The notes below the pieces were generated by a model that did not search any database, had not been told where the DNA came from, and saw nothing but the letters and a program-made list of their open reading frames with translations. Source: a virus. Taken from it: a DNA stretch of 37,844 nt. Numbering within the stretch: position 1 is the stretch's first letter; the number at the start of each line of letters is the position of its first letter. Shown here in pieces: positions 22,760-32,312 of the stretch. The stretch lies in the IMG/VR virus record IMGVR_UViG_3300045988_091806; one strand, 5' to 3'. The position numbers were made by a program, and so were the translations under genes.

Positions 22760-23815
22760 ATGACTGATATACCTTTTTCATCAATTGATAAACAAATAGA
22801 AAAACTTGTATCTCAAAATTTAATTATAGAGGATACTGGTTATGCTAAATACATATTGGAGCTATTTGGTTACTCTAATCTTATCAAAAGTTACAGAGAA
22901 CCTTATGTTATCAAAACAGACACCTCAATTCAATATCGTTCAGGTGTAACATTTGAACAAATTCATTCTCTATATATGTTAGATAAGAATCTGCGTAATT
23001 CTGTTATGTCAGCAATGCAGGATTTGGAAGAACATATAAAAGAGACTGCTGCCAGCGTCGTAGCTGAAACCTTTGGTACTAATGAAGAAAATTACCTGGA
23101 TTACAGAAACTACAGAAATAAAAAGAAACGAAAGAAAAGATTTACTCTACCAGGTATACTTGATACATTAAAAAAGACTCTTGATACAGATAAAAATCCA
23201 ATATCACATTATGCTGAAAAATACGGCAATGTTCCACCTTGGATTCTTTTTAAAAGCATTTATTTTAGCACAATTATTAATTTCATTGACTTATTTAAAA
23301 AAGACGAATTGGTTAAGCTTGCTCATAAACTATATAGTGATGATTTAGATATGTCTGATGAAGAATTATGTACATTAATGATGGATACATTATTTATATG
23401 TTTGGATTACAGAAATACCGCTGCCCATGGAGGACGCATTTATAATCATAAATGCAGTTATACCCTTCGCAAAGAAAAGATATTTGTCAATGGCATTGAA
23501 CCTACCCCACCTGGTTTTAGTCAATTATTGTTTTTATTAAGTTTGATGGATTATAAAAGTCCTTATCTCTTTCTCCTCAAATCGTTAGAGATACAGATTA
23601 ACAAACACTGCGGTAATTTTCCTCAAGATACAACATATTTAGGTCAGATACTTAATATGAATATTGTACCTCACAATATAGTGTATGTAACCAATAATAG
23701 CAATAAATATCATTCTATTAACCACTGCAGTGGAATAAAAGATGCCTTCGAAATTGATACGGAGGAAGCAATAGAAAAGGGATATGTACCTTGCAAACGA
23801 TGTGTTAAAAAATAA
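22760..23815 (+). CDS. Abi_2 (AbiD/AbiF-like) abortive-infection family protein with an extra C-terminal Cys/His zinc-ribbon-like tail.
   Basis: The N-terminus is SIDKQIEKLVSQNLIIEDTGYAKYILELFGYSNLIKSYREPY, and the core contains LDYRNTAAHGGRIYN. The tail is VYVTNNSNKYHSINHCSGIKDAFEIDTEEAIEKGYVPCKRCVKK. SD AAGGAGA lies before ATG 22760. Confidence 0.7.
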   Translation: MTDIPFSSIDKQIEKLVSQNLIIEDTGYAKYILELFGYSNLIKSYREPYVIKTDTSIQYRSGVTFEQIHSLYMLDKNLRNSVMSAMQDLEEHIKETAASVVAETFGTNEENYLDYRNYRNKKKRKKRFTLPGILDTLKKTLDTDKNPISHYAEKYGNVPPWILFKSIYFSTIINFIDLFKKDELVKLAHKLYSDDLDMSDEELCTLMMDTLFICLDYRNTAAHGGRIYNHKCSYTLRKEKIFVNGIEPTPPGFSQLLFLLSLMDYKSPYLFLLKSLEIQINKHCGNFPQDTTYLGQILNMNIVPHNIVYVTNNSNKYHSINHCSGIKDAFEIDTEEAIEKGYVPCKRCVKK

Positions 23816-23863
23816 ATTACCATCCCGCTGACTTCACCGAGATGGTCCGACAAAATAAATAAA

Positions 23864-23893
23864 AGCTCCTGTGCTACCAACACAAGAGCTTTT
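23864..23893 (+). terminator. Terminator-like hairpin after the Abi gene.
   Basis: AGCTCCTGTG, a 7-nt loop, CACAAGAGCT (one mismatch). It is flanked by AAA and TTT. Confidence 0.45.
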
Positions 23894-24054
23894 GCCACGA
23901 TACTTACATAAGCAGTGCCTATGATATAATACCGCCCTGAACAAGCCATATTATATCATTCTGAACACCGCTTTTGCAAGTAGGTGTATTTTTTATACCC
24001 ATTTTTACTGTTGCACCAGTGCAACTTCCCAAAAAACAGAAAGGAATGATTAAT

Positions 24055-25266
24055 ATGAAAAAGAAAATATCTAAGGTCCTTACATATAAGCGTGGCAATC
24101 TATGGGCCTATCGTTTTGAATCTGCCCCTGTAGATAGCAAAAGGAAGTGGATTACCAAGAGCGGATTTAAGAACCAATCTGAGGCATATGAAGCCGGTAT
24201 GGTCGCATACACACAATATAAACAGACTGGCAAGAGCTTCACTCCATCTAATATCTCTGTATCTGATTACATGGATTACTGGATTGATAATTATTGCAAG
24301 GTCAATCTTAAAGCTAATACGGCATCAACTTACAAAAAGAAAATTGATTTATATATAAAGCCGGCTATTGGTTCATATTATCTTAAAGACATAGAGCCAA
24401 GTCTTCTCCAAGAGCTTATAAATAATCTTTTTAATACCGGAATGTCGCGAAACTCTCTCGGCAATGTTAAGGGCATTCTTACCAAGTCATTTGCCTACGC
24501 AAAGACTACTGCAAGATTTATTAATGATGACCCTTCTGCAACTATTTCTCTTCCGCTTCCAAGAGCAAAGGCAGAGGTTAAAACAAAAAAGAAAGTAAGA
24601 GTCGTATGGACTAATGAGCAGCTTGATACTGTCTTTAAAACATTTGCACAAGGACATATATATCATATGCCACTTCTTCTCGCTTATAGGTGCGGCATGC
24701 GTCTGGGTGAGATATTTGGTCTTATGTGGGATGATATAGACTTTGATAATGGATTATTAAGCATTAATAGACAGGTACAGAATCATGATGATAAATGGTA
24801 TCTGGAAAACCCTAAATATGATTCATATCGTACCATAGAACTTGATGATACAACGCTTTCAGAACTTAAAAGACTGTACGAACATGAAAAGGAATGTGAA
24901 CAGTACTATAATGAATATTACAATTATATCTACTGTGAGACACTTGAAGATGACTCTAAGAGACTTACTTATGAACCGGCTGGCAAATCAATACATATGG
25001 TGCTTGTAAGAGATGATGGCTCATGGATCCAACCAAGAACCATGATGCACTGTTTTAATGTTATTCATCACAAGCTTGGCTTCACTGAGCTTGATTTCCA
25101 TTCTCTCAGGCATACACACGCTTCTAATTTACTCGCCAAAGGAGCTGATGTTAAATATGTACAAGAGCGTCTGGGACATAAAAATGTAGCAACCACTCTT
25201 GATATATACGCCCATGTCACAGAAACCATGCGTGAGCGCAACAAGGACATATTAAATACACTATAA
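24055..25266 (+). CDS. int: Tyrosine integrase with an N-terminal arm-type (AP2-like) DNA-binding domain.
   Basis: The N-terminus is KRGNLWAYRFESAPVDSKRKWITKSGFKNQSEAYEAGMVAY. The catalytic region has RCGMRLGEIFGL, HSLRHTHASNLL and GHKNVATTLDIYAH (R...HxxR...Y). SD AAAGGA lies 9 nt before ATG 24055. Confidence 0.9.
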   Translation: MKKKISKVLTYKRGNLWAYRFESAPVDSKRKWITKSGFKNQSEAYEAGMVAYTQYKQTGKSFTPSNISVSDYMDYWIDNYCKVNLKANTASTYKKKIDLYIKPAIGSYYLKDIEPSLLQELINNLFNTGMSRNSLGNVKGILTKSFAYAKTTARFINDDPSATISLPLPRAKAEVKTKKKVRVVWTNEQLDTVFKTFAQGHIYHMPLLLAYRCGMRLGEIFGLMWDDIDFDNGLLSINRQVQNHDDKWYLENPKYDSYRTIELDDTTLSELKRLYEHEKECEQYYNEYYNYIYCETLEDDSKRLTYEPAGKSIHMVLVRDDGSWIQPRTMMHCFNVIHHKLGFTELDFHSLRHTHASNLLAKGADVKYVQERLGHKNVATTLDIYAHVTETMRERNKDILNTL

Positions 25267-25267
25267 C

Positions 25268-25649
25268 AAAAAGGCATCTGTACACACATATCATTGTACA
25301 CATTAAATCCTAATGTGTACAAAATGTGTACAAATGCCTTTTTTCAATGTGTACACATTAAAATTGTACACATATCAAAATCGTAAAACTTAGAATTTAC
25401 CGTTCTTAGCAGCTTCCTCAATAGAAACAGCAACAGCTACAGTAGCACCAACCATTGGGTTATTACCCAACTTTGAAATCAAATTTTTACAATTTATTTA
25501 TGTTTATTTTTATGCTGTTTTTATCAGTATTTATGCGGGTTTAAGAGCTTTACACATTTATATCAGATTATTCTGATTTATTCTAAATCAACATTATTTA
25601 AGCCATATTGTGTACAGAATGTGTACACTATTACAATGTACACATTCTG
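25268..25649. other. attP region: two clusters of TGTACA-containing arm-type repeats flanking an AT-rich core that holds a 3' gene fragment.
   Basis: TGTACA occurs at 25279, 25295, 25316, 25327, 25350 and 25365 in the left cluster. It occurs at 25611, 25622 and 25637 in the right cluster. The region also has nested inverted repeats and a 14-bp palindrome AATGTGTACACATT (25346-25359). It lies directly 3' of int. Confidence 0.65.
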
Positions 25650-25715
25650 ACTGTCTCTCTTCCTATTTATATAGGTTATCACAATGTTGCTATATGTGCA
25701 ATCCAGTATGAATAA

Positions 25716-26801
25716 TTAGTTGGGAAGTCTTAACTCCATACCAACATAGAGTGGTGTACTAATATCCATGTTGTTAAATTCTGCTAACTCAAGATATCTT
25801 GTGCCATCTCCTAATGCTCTTTCTGCTACCTGCCAGAATCCTTCGCCAGCTTCTACTGTAGTATACGCTACATCTTCTGTCTCATCTTCCTGTTCTTCTG
25901 GTGGTGCGTCATTAGGCTCATTATCATAATGGCCTGTAATACAATTATCATCTACAAATCCTGTTCCATCACCGATAAGGTAAGGGTGTCTGGCTCCTTC
26001 ATATACATGTGTTATAACTCCATCTGTATAATATGGTGCTGCACCATCGGTCCAGTCACCGGTCGTATAATAGATTCTATTATAACAAACGTGATCTCCT
26101 TCGCGGTACATTGTGCCCACATCTTCTATATCCCTTTCAGGTATAGGCTCTTCTGGCTCATATTCTGGTACTTTAATCTTTGCATAAGTACTAAAAGCTT
26201 CTTCGTTGATATATACATCTGTATCAGTTCTTGCAGATGAACCATCTATGCAGCCATCTGAACTATCCTGCCAGATTTCAGCCCAATCTACCGGGCAATT
26301 ATCAGGTCCCCAGATAGCAAGCCACTTCTTATCTGTAAGTGCTTCCCTATCTAAGATATTAGAGAACCAGTCAAGGTTAGCATATGTGCCTACAACCTCA
26401 AAGCCAGCCGCCTTTAAATCATCAATAACGATCTGGCAATATCTAGTGTATGCTTCTCCATTAGTGCGAGGATCTTTGTTGTTTCTTACTTTGTATCCAT
26501 CTGCATCTTCCATATCCAGATAAATACCTAATGCTGGATTATAGCCAGCAATCATTCTTAAGATATGTGCAGCTTCACTATGTGCCTCGTCTTCGTTGAG
26601 CGCATAACTATAAAGATATACAGCATATGGTTTACCAATTCTTTCAAGCTCCTGCATATTTCTTACAGCCTGTCTATCGTCCTGTGATTCATAGTTAGAG
26701 CCATATCCCACTCTAACAATTGCGAAGTCAATCTGTCCCTTGATAATGTCCCAGTTAAGTGTTCCGTTGTTATCGCTAATGTCAACTCCTCTAATACTCA
26801 T
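25716..26801 (-). CDS. Endolysin: GH25 muramidase plus a middle domain plus C-terminal LysM.
   Basis: The N-terminus MSIRGVDISDNNGTLNWDIIKGQIDFAIVRVGYG is a GH25 signature. The C-terminus YTTVEAGEGFWQVAERALGDGTRYLELAEFNNM...LYVGMELRLP is LysM. SD AGGAGG lies 9 nt before ATG 26801. Confidence 0.85.
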   Translation of the reverse strand: MSIRGVDISDNNGTLNWDIIKGQIDFAIVRVGYGSNYESQDDRQAVRNMQELERIGKPYAVYLYSYALNEDEAHSEAAHILRMIAGYNPALGIYLDMEDADGYKVRNNKDPRTNGEAYTRYCQIVIDDLKAAGFEVVGTYANLDWFSNILDREALTDKKWLAIWGPDNCPVDWAEIWQDSSDGCIDGSSARTDTDVYINEEAFSTYAKIKVPEYEPEEPIPERDIEDVGTMYREGDHVCYNRIYYTTGDWTDGAAPYYTDGVITHVYEGARHPYLIGDGTGFVDDNCITGHYDNEPNDAPPEEQEDETEDVAYTTVEAGEGFWQVAERALGDGTRYLELAEFNNMDISTPLYVGMELRLPN

Positions 26802-26802
26802 A

Positions 26803-27258
26803 TTATTTATCCTCCTGATTATCAATTGTTGTTTTCTGTTCTACCTGACTCTTTAAATTCTTAACAATAGGCTGTAAAAACGGAGGAAGTGTTACACCGA
26901 TATCATTGATGTTTTCCAATATACTTATAATTTCGTTACAGATCAGCCATATTGCCACAACACAAGCCACTAAAAATGTAAATGGCAATGTTATTCCAAT
27001 AACACCTGCAGAATAAGAAAGGAGCTGGTCTACTATCACACCAACTCCCACCAAAAGCCACATACATATTTTCTTTGCAATCCCTCTTATTCCTTTATAA
27101 CTATCTATCTGCTGCTTTCTAAATTTAGAAGCCGCAATACCTGTGAAATAATCTATTAGATTACATGTTACCAATAATAATACTGGAATTGCCAAAATTC
27201 CCAGGGCACTTAATATAATGCTCCACACCGCTGTTACAATTACTTTTAATTTTTCCAT
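26803..27258 (-). CDS. Holin (phage_holin_4-like, multi-TM).
   Basis: 151 aa with 3-4 TM segments and the motif NLIDYFTGIAASKF...GIRGIAKKICMWLLVG. It lies immediately upstream of the endolysin. Confidence 0.8.
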   Translation of the reverse strand: MEKLKVIVTAVWSIILSALGILAIPVLLLVTCNLIDYFTGIAASKFRKQQIDSYKGIRGIAKKICMWLLVGVGVIVDQLLSYSAGVIGITLPFTFLVACVVAIWLICNEIISILENINDIGVTLPPFLQPIVKNLKSQVEQKTTIDNQEDK

Positions 27259-27372
27259 AAGTCAATATCCTTTCTGTTACTGGTGCAATTTCATTTTTTC
27301 CATTGTTATATGTTCACAAAACAGTAATAATATTAAATACGACGGTACAATTACTAAGGCAGCATTCGAAAC

Positions 27373-28230
27373 TTAACTAAATATAAGTGAGCCTGTAATA
27401 TAATCGTCTTTCTTAAATTCAGTAGTTGCCCACGCTCCTTTCTTCCCATCTTTTGTGTAGTATCTTGCAAAAGCATAATGTTTGTTTGCGGAACTATATA
27501 ATAATGTCGTTCCATATCCAACCAGCTTTTGTCGAACTACACCTGTGGAATCGTATGGAGTATAATTGCTTTCCAATATTTTATTAAAGTTAGTAATACC
27601 CATATTTTCAAGAACTGTTGTCACATCATAATAGCCAGAAAAATTATTTAATGTAGAATCTGGTGTTTCAATTCGAGACGCAAAGTGTAATATTCCTATT
27701 TTAGTAGATTTATTATAATAACAATAATTATAGCCATAACCTTCAAGAGTACCATCTACACTTGCAATATTTTTGCAAAAACAGTTTTTTATTTCTATGT
27801 CTGTATTATTAGATTTCCAATTAGTCCAAAGTGTGTTATCAATATAAGTAGAACGAATGTAAATTGCAGTGTCATTTCCGGGAAGAATTATCTGTGTACA
27901 TCTTTTTGTGTTAAGCGCAATCACTATAAGATAACTATTTGTTACTTTGGTATTTGGAGCATTGCCCCATGTTGCTGCGTTTGGAAGATAATATATTCCA
28001 GATGTAGTTATGGTATTTAAGTCTGTGTTTGGTTCTAAATTTTTTGCTTTTCTTACCAAAGTGGAAAATTCTATATTACTGTTTAGTGCACTTACCTCGC
28101 TTCTGAGATTGGCAATCATGTCATTGTTATCTTTAATTCCCTTATCCATTATGTTAAGGTTTGTTGGGTTCCACGGTGTTTGCCCCGTCCAACCTACTCT
28201 TTTGTAGGCTATAAATCCGGATAAACTCAT
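27373..28230 (-). CDS. Tail fibre / receptor-binding protein with a knob-like C-terminal domain.
   Basis: The N-terminus has an anchoring/coiled segment (NDMIANLRSEVSALNSNI). This is followed by DLNTITTSGIYYLPNAATWGNAPN...SYLIVIAL, which is typical of fibre knob domains. It is the last structural gene before the lysis genes. Confidence 0.6.
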   Translation of the reverse strand: MSLSGFIAYKRVGWTGQTPWNPTNLNIMDKGIKDNNDMIANLRSEVSALNSNIEFSTLVRKAKNLEPNTDLNTITTSGIYYLPNAATWGNAPNTKVTNSYLIVIALNTKRCTQIILPGNDTAIYIRSTYIDNTLWTNWKSNNTDIEIKNCFCKNIASVDGTLEGYGYNYCYYNKSTKIGILHFASRIETPDSTLNNFSGYYDVTTVLENMGITNFNKILESNYTPYDSTGVVRQKLVGYGTTLLYSSANKHYAFARYYTKDGKKGAWATTEFKKDDYITGSLIFS

Positions 28231-28232
28231 AA

Positions 28233-28448
28233 TTACATCTCCTTAATTGCTGCCATTACTTCCGTTTCAAAATTAGCGTAATCTGTATCGCATTCGTCCT
28301 GATTTTCAAGATACGTTTTTTTATTCTGAATTCTTTTACTAAGAGAAATCTCTCCTGATGAAGGTATATTGGCTGAAAATGTGACTACAGTCTTTCCTTC
28401 TATAGAACTATTTCCATTTACTGATGTACTCTTTGTTGTATTTAACAT
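28233..28448 (-). CDS. Small structural-module protein (71 aa), unknown.
   Basis: The ORF is tightly packed between the tail tip and fibre genes. Confidence 0.45.
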   Translation of the reverse strand: MLNTTKSTSVNGNSSIEGKTVVTFSANIPSSGEISLSKRIQNKKTYLENQDECDTDYANFETEVMAAIKEM

Positions 28449-28485
28449 AACTTAATTCCTTTCTACCGCACTATGCGGATTTATA

Positions 28486-31400
28486 TTACTCCCATCTTTG
28501 CTCGCCCCATATCCATGAAGCTACTATTGTGTCGTCTACATATATTCTTAATACACTTCCATCCCAATCAAATGCAACAGGGTTGTGTGTATACATTGCT
28601 GGATAGCATCGTCTTCCCAATGATGAATGATATATAGATATATTGTTACAATCTGTGTCCAATCTTACCGTAGCCTCTGAATCCACATATAGAACTCCTT
28701 TTCTAATATCTACACCAAAATCTGTAATAGCATTTATTACCACATTGTCATCTCCAATAATGCTAACACCATGTGCATCAATGTTGTTATGTGTTTTAAC
28801 ATTTGGATTGTACATTTCTATATGATATGGTGATTCCTTCAAATAAGCATCTCCATAAGATAATTTAATCGCACTGTATGTTGATGTATCAGTCTCTATG
28901 TTAATAGAACCTCCTGTTATTTTCGCATTGCTCGATATTAGGTTATCACATCTTATAGTTCCGTCTGCATCAATAGTGGTATTTGTGCTATTTAGCGTGA
29001 ACAAATTCCCGTTAATATTAACAGACTTATTACCGCTTATATTAATTGCTCCGCTCGCATTAAGTGTTATATCGTCTGCAATCGCTTCGATTGCAGAACG
29101 AAGCTGTCCGTTTTCATTTTTTATAAATGCAGTCAGGCTTGCAGATGTTGCGTACTCCCCAAGCTTTGCTGTTACTGCCGCTGAAATCGAAGTGCTTCCA
29201 GGATTAATCTCACTAATGATTTTTGCTGTTGTGGAATAGCTTTCAAGTATTTTGTTCGTATTACTTCCCGCTGTTGCTATTGCGTCAGTACCAACTTTAT
29301 CAGCATAACTTTTGGTAGCATACTCGCCACTTAGTACAATGCTTGTTTCAGTTGTGTCGTCTGTAATTAGCTGTTTTATATAATTGTCAAGCTGTTCAGT
29401 TTTAGTGTAATACCGCTGCTCCTCTTGGAGATTGCCTATACTTTCATCGATACCGTTTAAGCTTTCTGACAACATATCACTGGTAACATATGTTCTAGAA
29501 ATCTCGCTTTTAATGCTACCACTCTCTGCACTAACTGCTTGTGTTATAGCATTGTTCATCTGCGTTGTTGTGCTATAATTGCCCTTTAAATCCTGCTGAG
29601 TTAATGACAAACTGTTACTTATGCTATCAATATTGATTCTCAAGGCAGAATTTTGTCTTAGCATATAAGCTGTTTCCGAATTTGGAATCTCTTTCCAGCC
29701 ATGGCTTCCATCCTCATTGCGGATGAACCGCCATGCGCTGCCTTCGTTTTCCCAGTAAGCAACCTTTCCAATATACTTATCCCACTCAGTATCATTGTAC
29801 TGCCATGTTTCTTCGCGTGGAAACTGTGTATCAGCCGGATACACAGGAACACACCAATCCCAAGCCGGATAATTATCCTTTGTTGGCACATAAGATATCA
29901 GGTATATTTCATCGTCATACTTGGCCATATTAGATAGGCTCACGCTGTATTCCTTCAATGTCTGGTTTACATTAGAAAACTTTTCCTTAACGCTGGTTCC
30001 GTCTATGTTCTCAGTCCACCAAAGCTTCTGTGTTATAAAATCATCAGACTGCTTTAATAAGCTTCCCCATTCAGAATAATCCTTTCCAGAACCGGTTTTT
30101 ATATCCTGCAGAAGAACATTAAGTGTCTGTGCTGCATCATCCAGATATATCTTGTTGCTCTTAAGCGTATGTGTGCCATCATTGTTAATAACATTAAAAA
30201 GGCTTGCTATATCCAGTTTCCCGGCAGATATGTTAGCATCCTCTTTTACCATGTCATTACGGATAATCTCACGTTGAACTCCCTGTTCTGTAAGACCTAG
30301 CGCGTCAAACATCAGGTTGCCCTTTACATCCCACACATACATGTTATAGTCTCCAGATGTATTTTTACCTATCTGAACGCGAACACGCTTAGAATCACTT
30401 ATCTGTATCGTATTATCAGACCATCTACTCAAACCGTCTTTGCTATGTACTGCAACATCTGTGGTATCAATGTCCAGAGCCTTTATTTTCTTTGCATCTA
30501 AAGAATCTATCATTGAATCCTTTATCTGTGCTGTACCTATCATGCTCACGACGCTATTTGCAAAATCTGTGGTAATGCTTTCGCCAGTGGAAGAGCCAAA
30601 CATTAATGTTTTAATACCAGCAACATCACCATCTAATATGCCTACTTTCTCATATTTAACATTAAGCTGCTCTATGTCAGATTTTATTACCTTTTCCTCT
30701 TTTATTGTTGCAAACTTTATGTCTGCCTCATTAGATTTAAGGTAATTATTCTTAATATACTGCAGCTCATTGTTTACAGACACAATAGTCTCTGCAGTTA
30801 CCGTATTAGCCTTAACCCATTCTGCATCTACCTTTTTAGAAACCAGTTCCTTAGTAAGCATCATTTCCGCATATGTTCGTTCTGCAAGCTTAGTAGATGG
30901 TCCTTTATAATCTGTCTCTGTTTCAGTTTCTGTTTTGCCATAAGCTGTAATAGTCATGGCAAGACCTCCATCATATTCCTGAGTTATATTCATAACCGGA
31001 ATCTTATAAGTCTTACCTAATTCTTCAACAGTTACAATATCCCATGGATCCAGTCGAATATCTCCTAGCGTCTTTAAGCTTGCGCCTCTATACGCAAATC
31101 CTCTTACTTTCTTGTATACAGAGTTAAGCTTTTCTTCTGTTGTAAGTGGATTATCAAATGTTATTCCCAAAGTTCCACTTCCTACTGTAAAAGAAGTATT
31201 ACTGTCAACATTACATGTAAGATAATCTAAATGGTAATCACTCTCATTCTTTTCAAATGTCATTATTCGTGATTCATTTATCGTATAGCCATTATCCTCA
31301 TACCACTTAATAACAATTGTTCCAGTTCTGTCTACGCAAGCAAAACCTCCAGCTAAAGAAGCGATATATCCGATAACCTCACGATAGGTATATCCTACCG

Positions 31401-31887
31401 GTGCAGTATCAATAGTTATTCCATTCAAGCCAGATACATTACAGGGAACGCCACATCCAGTACTTATCTCTTTTAAAACAGATTCTGCACTTGCAGGATA
31501 TGTCAATTCAGATACATATACACCTGTGGTCTTCATCATTCTGTCGTAAGCCGTAAATGTTGTGGTTGCCTGGTCAAGCGTTGGATGTTCTGCAGTAAAA
31601 AAGCCAAGTGGAATATACTCATACTTTCCGCTTGGCAGTTTCAATCCTATCTCTATAGGAATCTCTGTGTTTTCAAACAACTCATTTATTCTTTTTACTG
31701 TCAGTTCTATCTTAGCTGCAACAGCCGAACCTATCTGTATACCCTCATCAGATGTGGAAGCGGTCTCATAGCTCATCTTTTTAAAGCCAGCGTCAATCCA
31801 CTTACCATTTATCTTTAATCGTAAGTTAAATGTTCGCGATGGTGATCTGATCGTTGTCGCAAATTGCTTTGATACATTATTATACAT
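28486..31887 (-). CDS. Tail tip / tail-associated protein (Tal-like, 1133 aa).
   Basis: A large ORF following TMP and the Dit-like genes, with central coiled-coil-like segments. The call rests on size and position. Confidence 0.7.
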   Translation of the reverse strand: MYNNVSKQFATTIRSPSRTFNLRLKINGKWIDAGFKKMSYETASTSDEGIQIGSAVAAKIELTVKRINELFENTEIPIEIGLKLPSGKYEYIPLGFFTAEHPTLDQATTTFTAYDRMMKTTGVYVSELTYPASAESVLKEISTGCGVPCNVSGLNGITIDTAPVGYTYREVIGYIASLAGGFACVDRTGTIVIKWYEDNGYTINESRIMTFEKNESDYHLDYLTCNVDSNTSFTVGSGTLGITFDNPLTTEEKLNSVYKKVRGFAYRGASLKTLGDIRLDPWDIVTVEELGKTYKIPVMNITQEYDGGLAMTITAYGKTETETETDYKGPSTKLAERTYAEMMLTKELVSKKVDAEWVKANTVTAETIVSVNNELQYIKNNYLKSNEADIKFATIKEEKVIKSDIEQLNVKYEKVGILDGDVAGIKTLMFGSSTGESITTDFANSVVSMIGTAQIKDSMIDSLDAKKIKALDIDTTDVAVHSKDGLSRWSDNTIQISDSKRVRVQIGKNTSGDYNMYVWDVKGNLMFDALGLTEQGVQREIIRNDMVKEDANISAGKLDIASLFNVINNDGTHTLKSNKIYLDDAAQTLNVLLQDIKTGSGKDYSEWGSLLKQSDDFITQKLWWTENIDGTSVKEKFSNVNQTLKEYSVSLSNMAKYDDEIYLISYVPTKDNYPAWDWCVPVYPADTQFPREETWQYNDTEWDKYIGKVAYWENEGSAWRFIRNEDGSHGWKEIPNSETAYMLRQNSALRINIDSISNSLSLTQQDLKGNYSTTTQMNNAITQAVSAESGSIKSEISRTYVTSDMLSESLNGIDESIGNLQEEQRYYTKTEQLDNYIKQLITDDTTETSIVLSGEYATKSYADKVGTDAIATAGSNTNKILESYSTTAKIISEINPGSTSISAAVTAKLGEYATSASLTAFIKNENGQLRSAIEAIADDITLNASGAINISGNKSVNINGNLFTLNSTNTTIDADGTIRCDNLISSNAKITGGSINIETDTSTYSAIKLSYGDAYLKESPYHIEMYNPNVKTHNNIDAHGVSIIGDDNVVINAITDFGVDIRKGVLYVDSEATVRLDTDCNNISIYHSSLGRRCYPAMYTHNPVAFDWDGSVLRIYVDDTIVASWIWGEQRWE

Positions 31888-31891
31888 AGGC

Positions 31892-32302
31892 TTAATCCTC
31901 GATCATAAATTCAATGGCTGCAATATCCTCTAATGTAGTTCCATCGTATCTGCTGTCAGAATCACATACAGATATGTCTTCCATCTTAATCATATGTACA
32001 TCAACATCCGTTTCCATGTTGTACATCTCATCAATCTCTTTTACAACTTCCTGCTCTTTACCTTCTGGGAACTGGTAAGAATCTCCATCCATGACAGCAT
32101 TCCCATTTTCATCTTTAAGCACATTGTTCTGTATTACTTCAGTTCTCTGTGTAACAAAAATATCTACTTCTCCTAACAATGTCTTAAGGTTCTTTGCAAT
32201 CGCATAGTTTACTTTTACAGGCCAATGCTTTCTTAAACCCTGTAAATTCTTAAGCATTGTTGCACTATTATCAATCTGTTTAATAGTCATTGTTTTTTTC
32301 AT
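31892..32302 (-). CDS. Tail-module protein (136 aa), unknown (possibly DUF1617-like).
   Basis: SD AAGGAGC upstream. It lies between the Dit-like and Tal-like genes. Confidence 0.5.
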   Translation of the reverse strand: MKKTMTIKQIDNSATMLKNLQGLRKHWPVKVNYAIAKNLKTLLGEVDIFVTQRTEVIQNNVLKDENGNAVMDGDSYQFPEGKEQEVVKEIDEMYNMETDVDVHMIKMEDISVCDSDSRYDGTTLEDIAAIEFMIED

Positions 32303-32312
32303 GTTCTGCTCC

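Noticed and set aside
23710-23949. Minus-strand 79-aa ORF between the Abi gene and int.
   Set aside because: It overlaps the Abi 3' end and the intergenic terminator hairpin, has no SD, and has no family resemblance. It is most likely spurious.
24010-24025. GTTGCAC-CA-GTGCAAC palindrome upstream of int as an RNA hairpin or terminator.
   Set aside because: A 2-nt loop cannot form a stable RNA hairpin and there is no U-tract. It may be a protein-binding site for int regulation, but it occurs only once and I have no further evidence.
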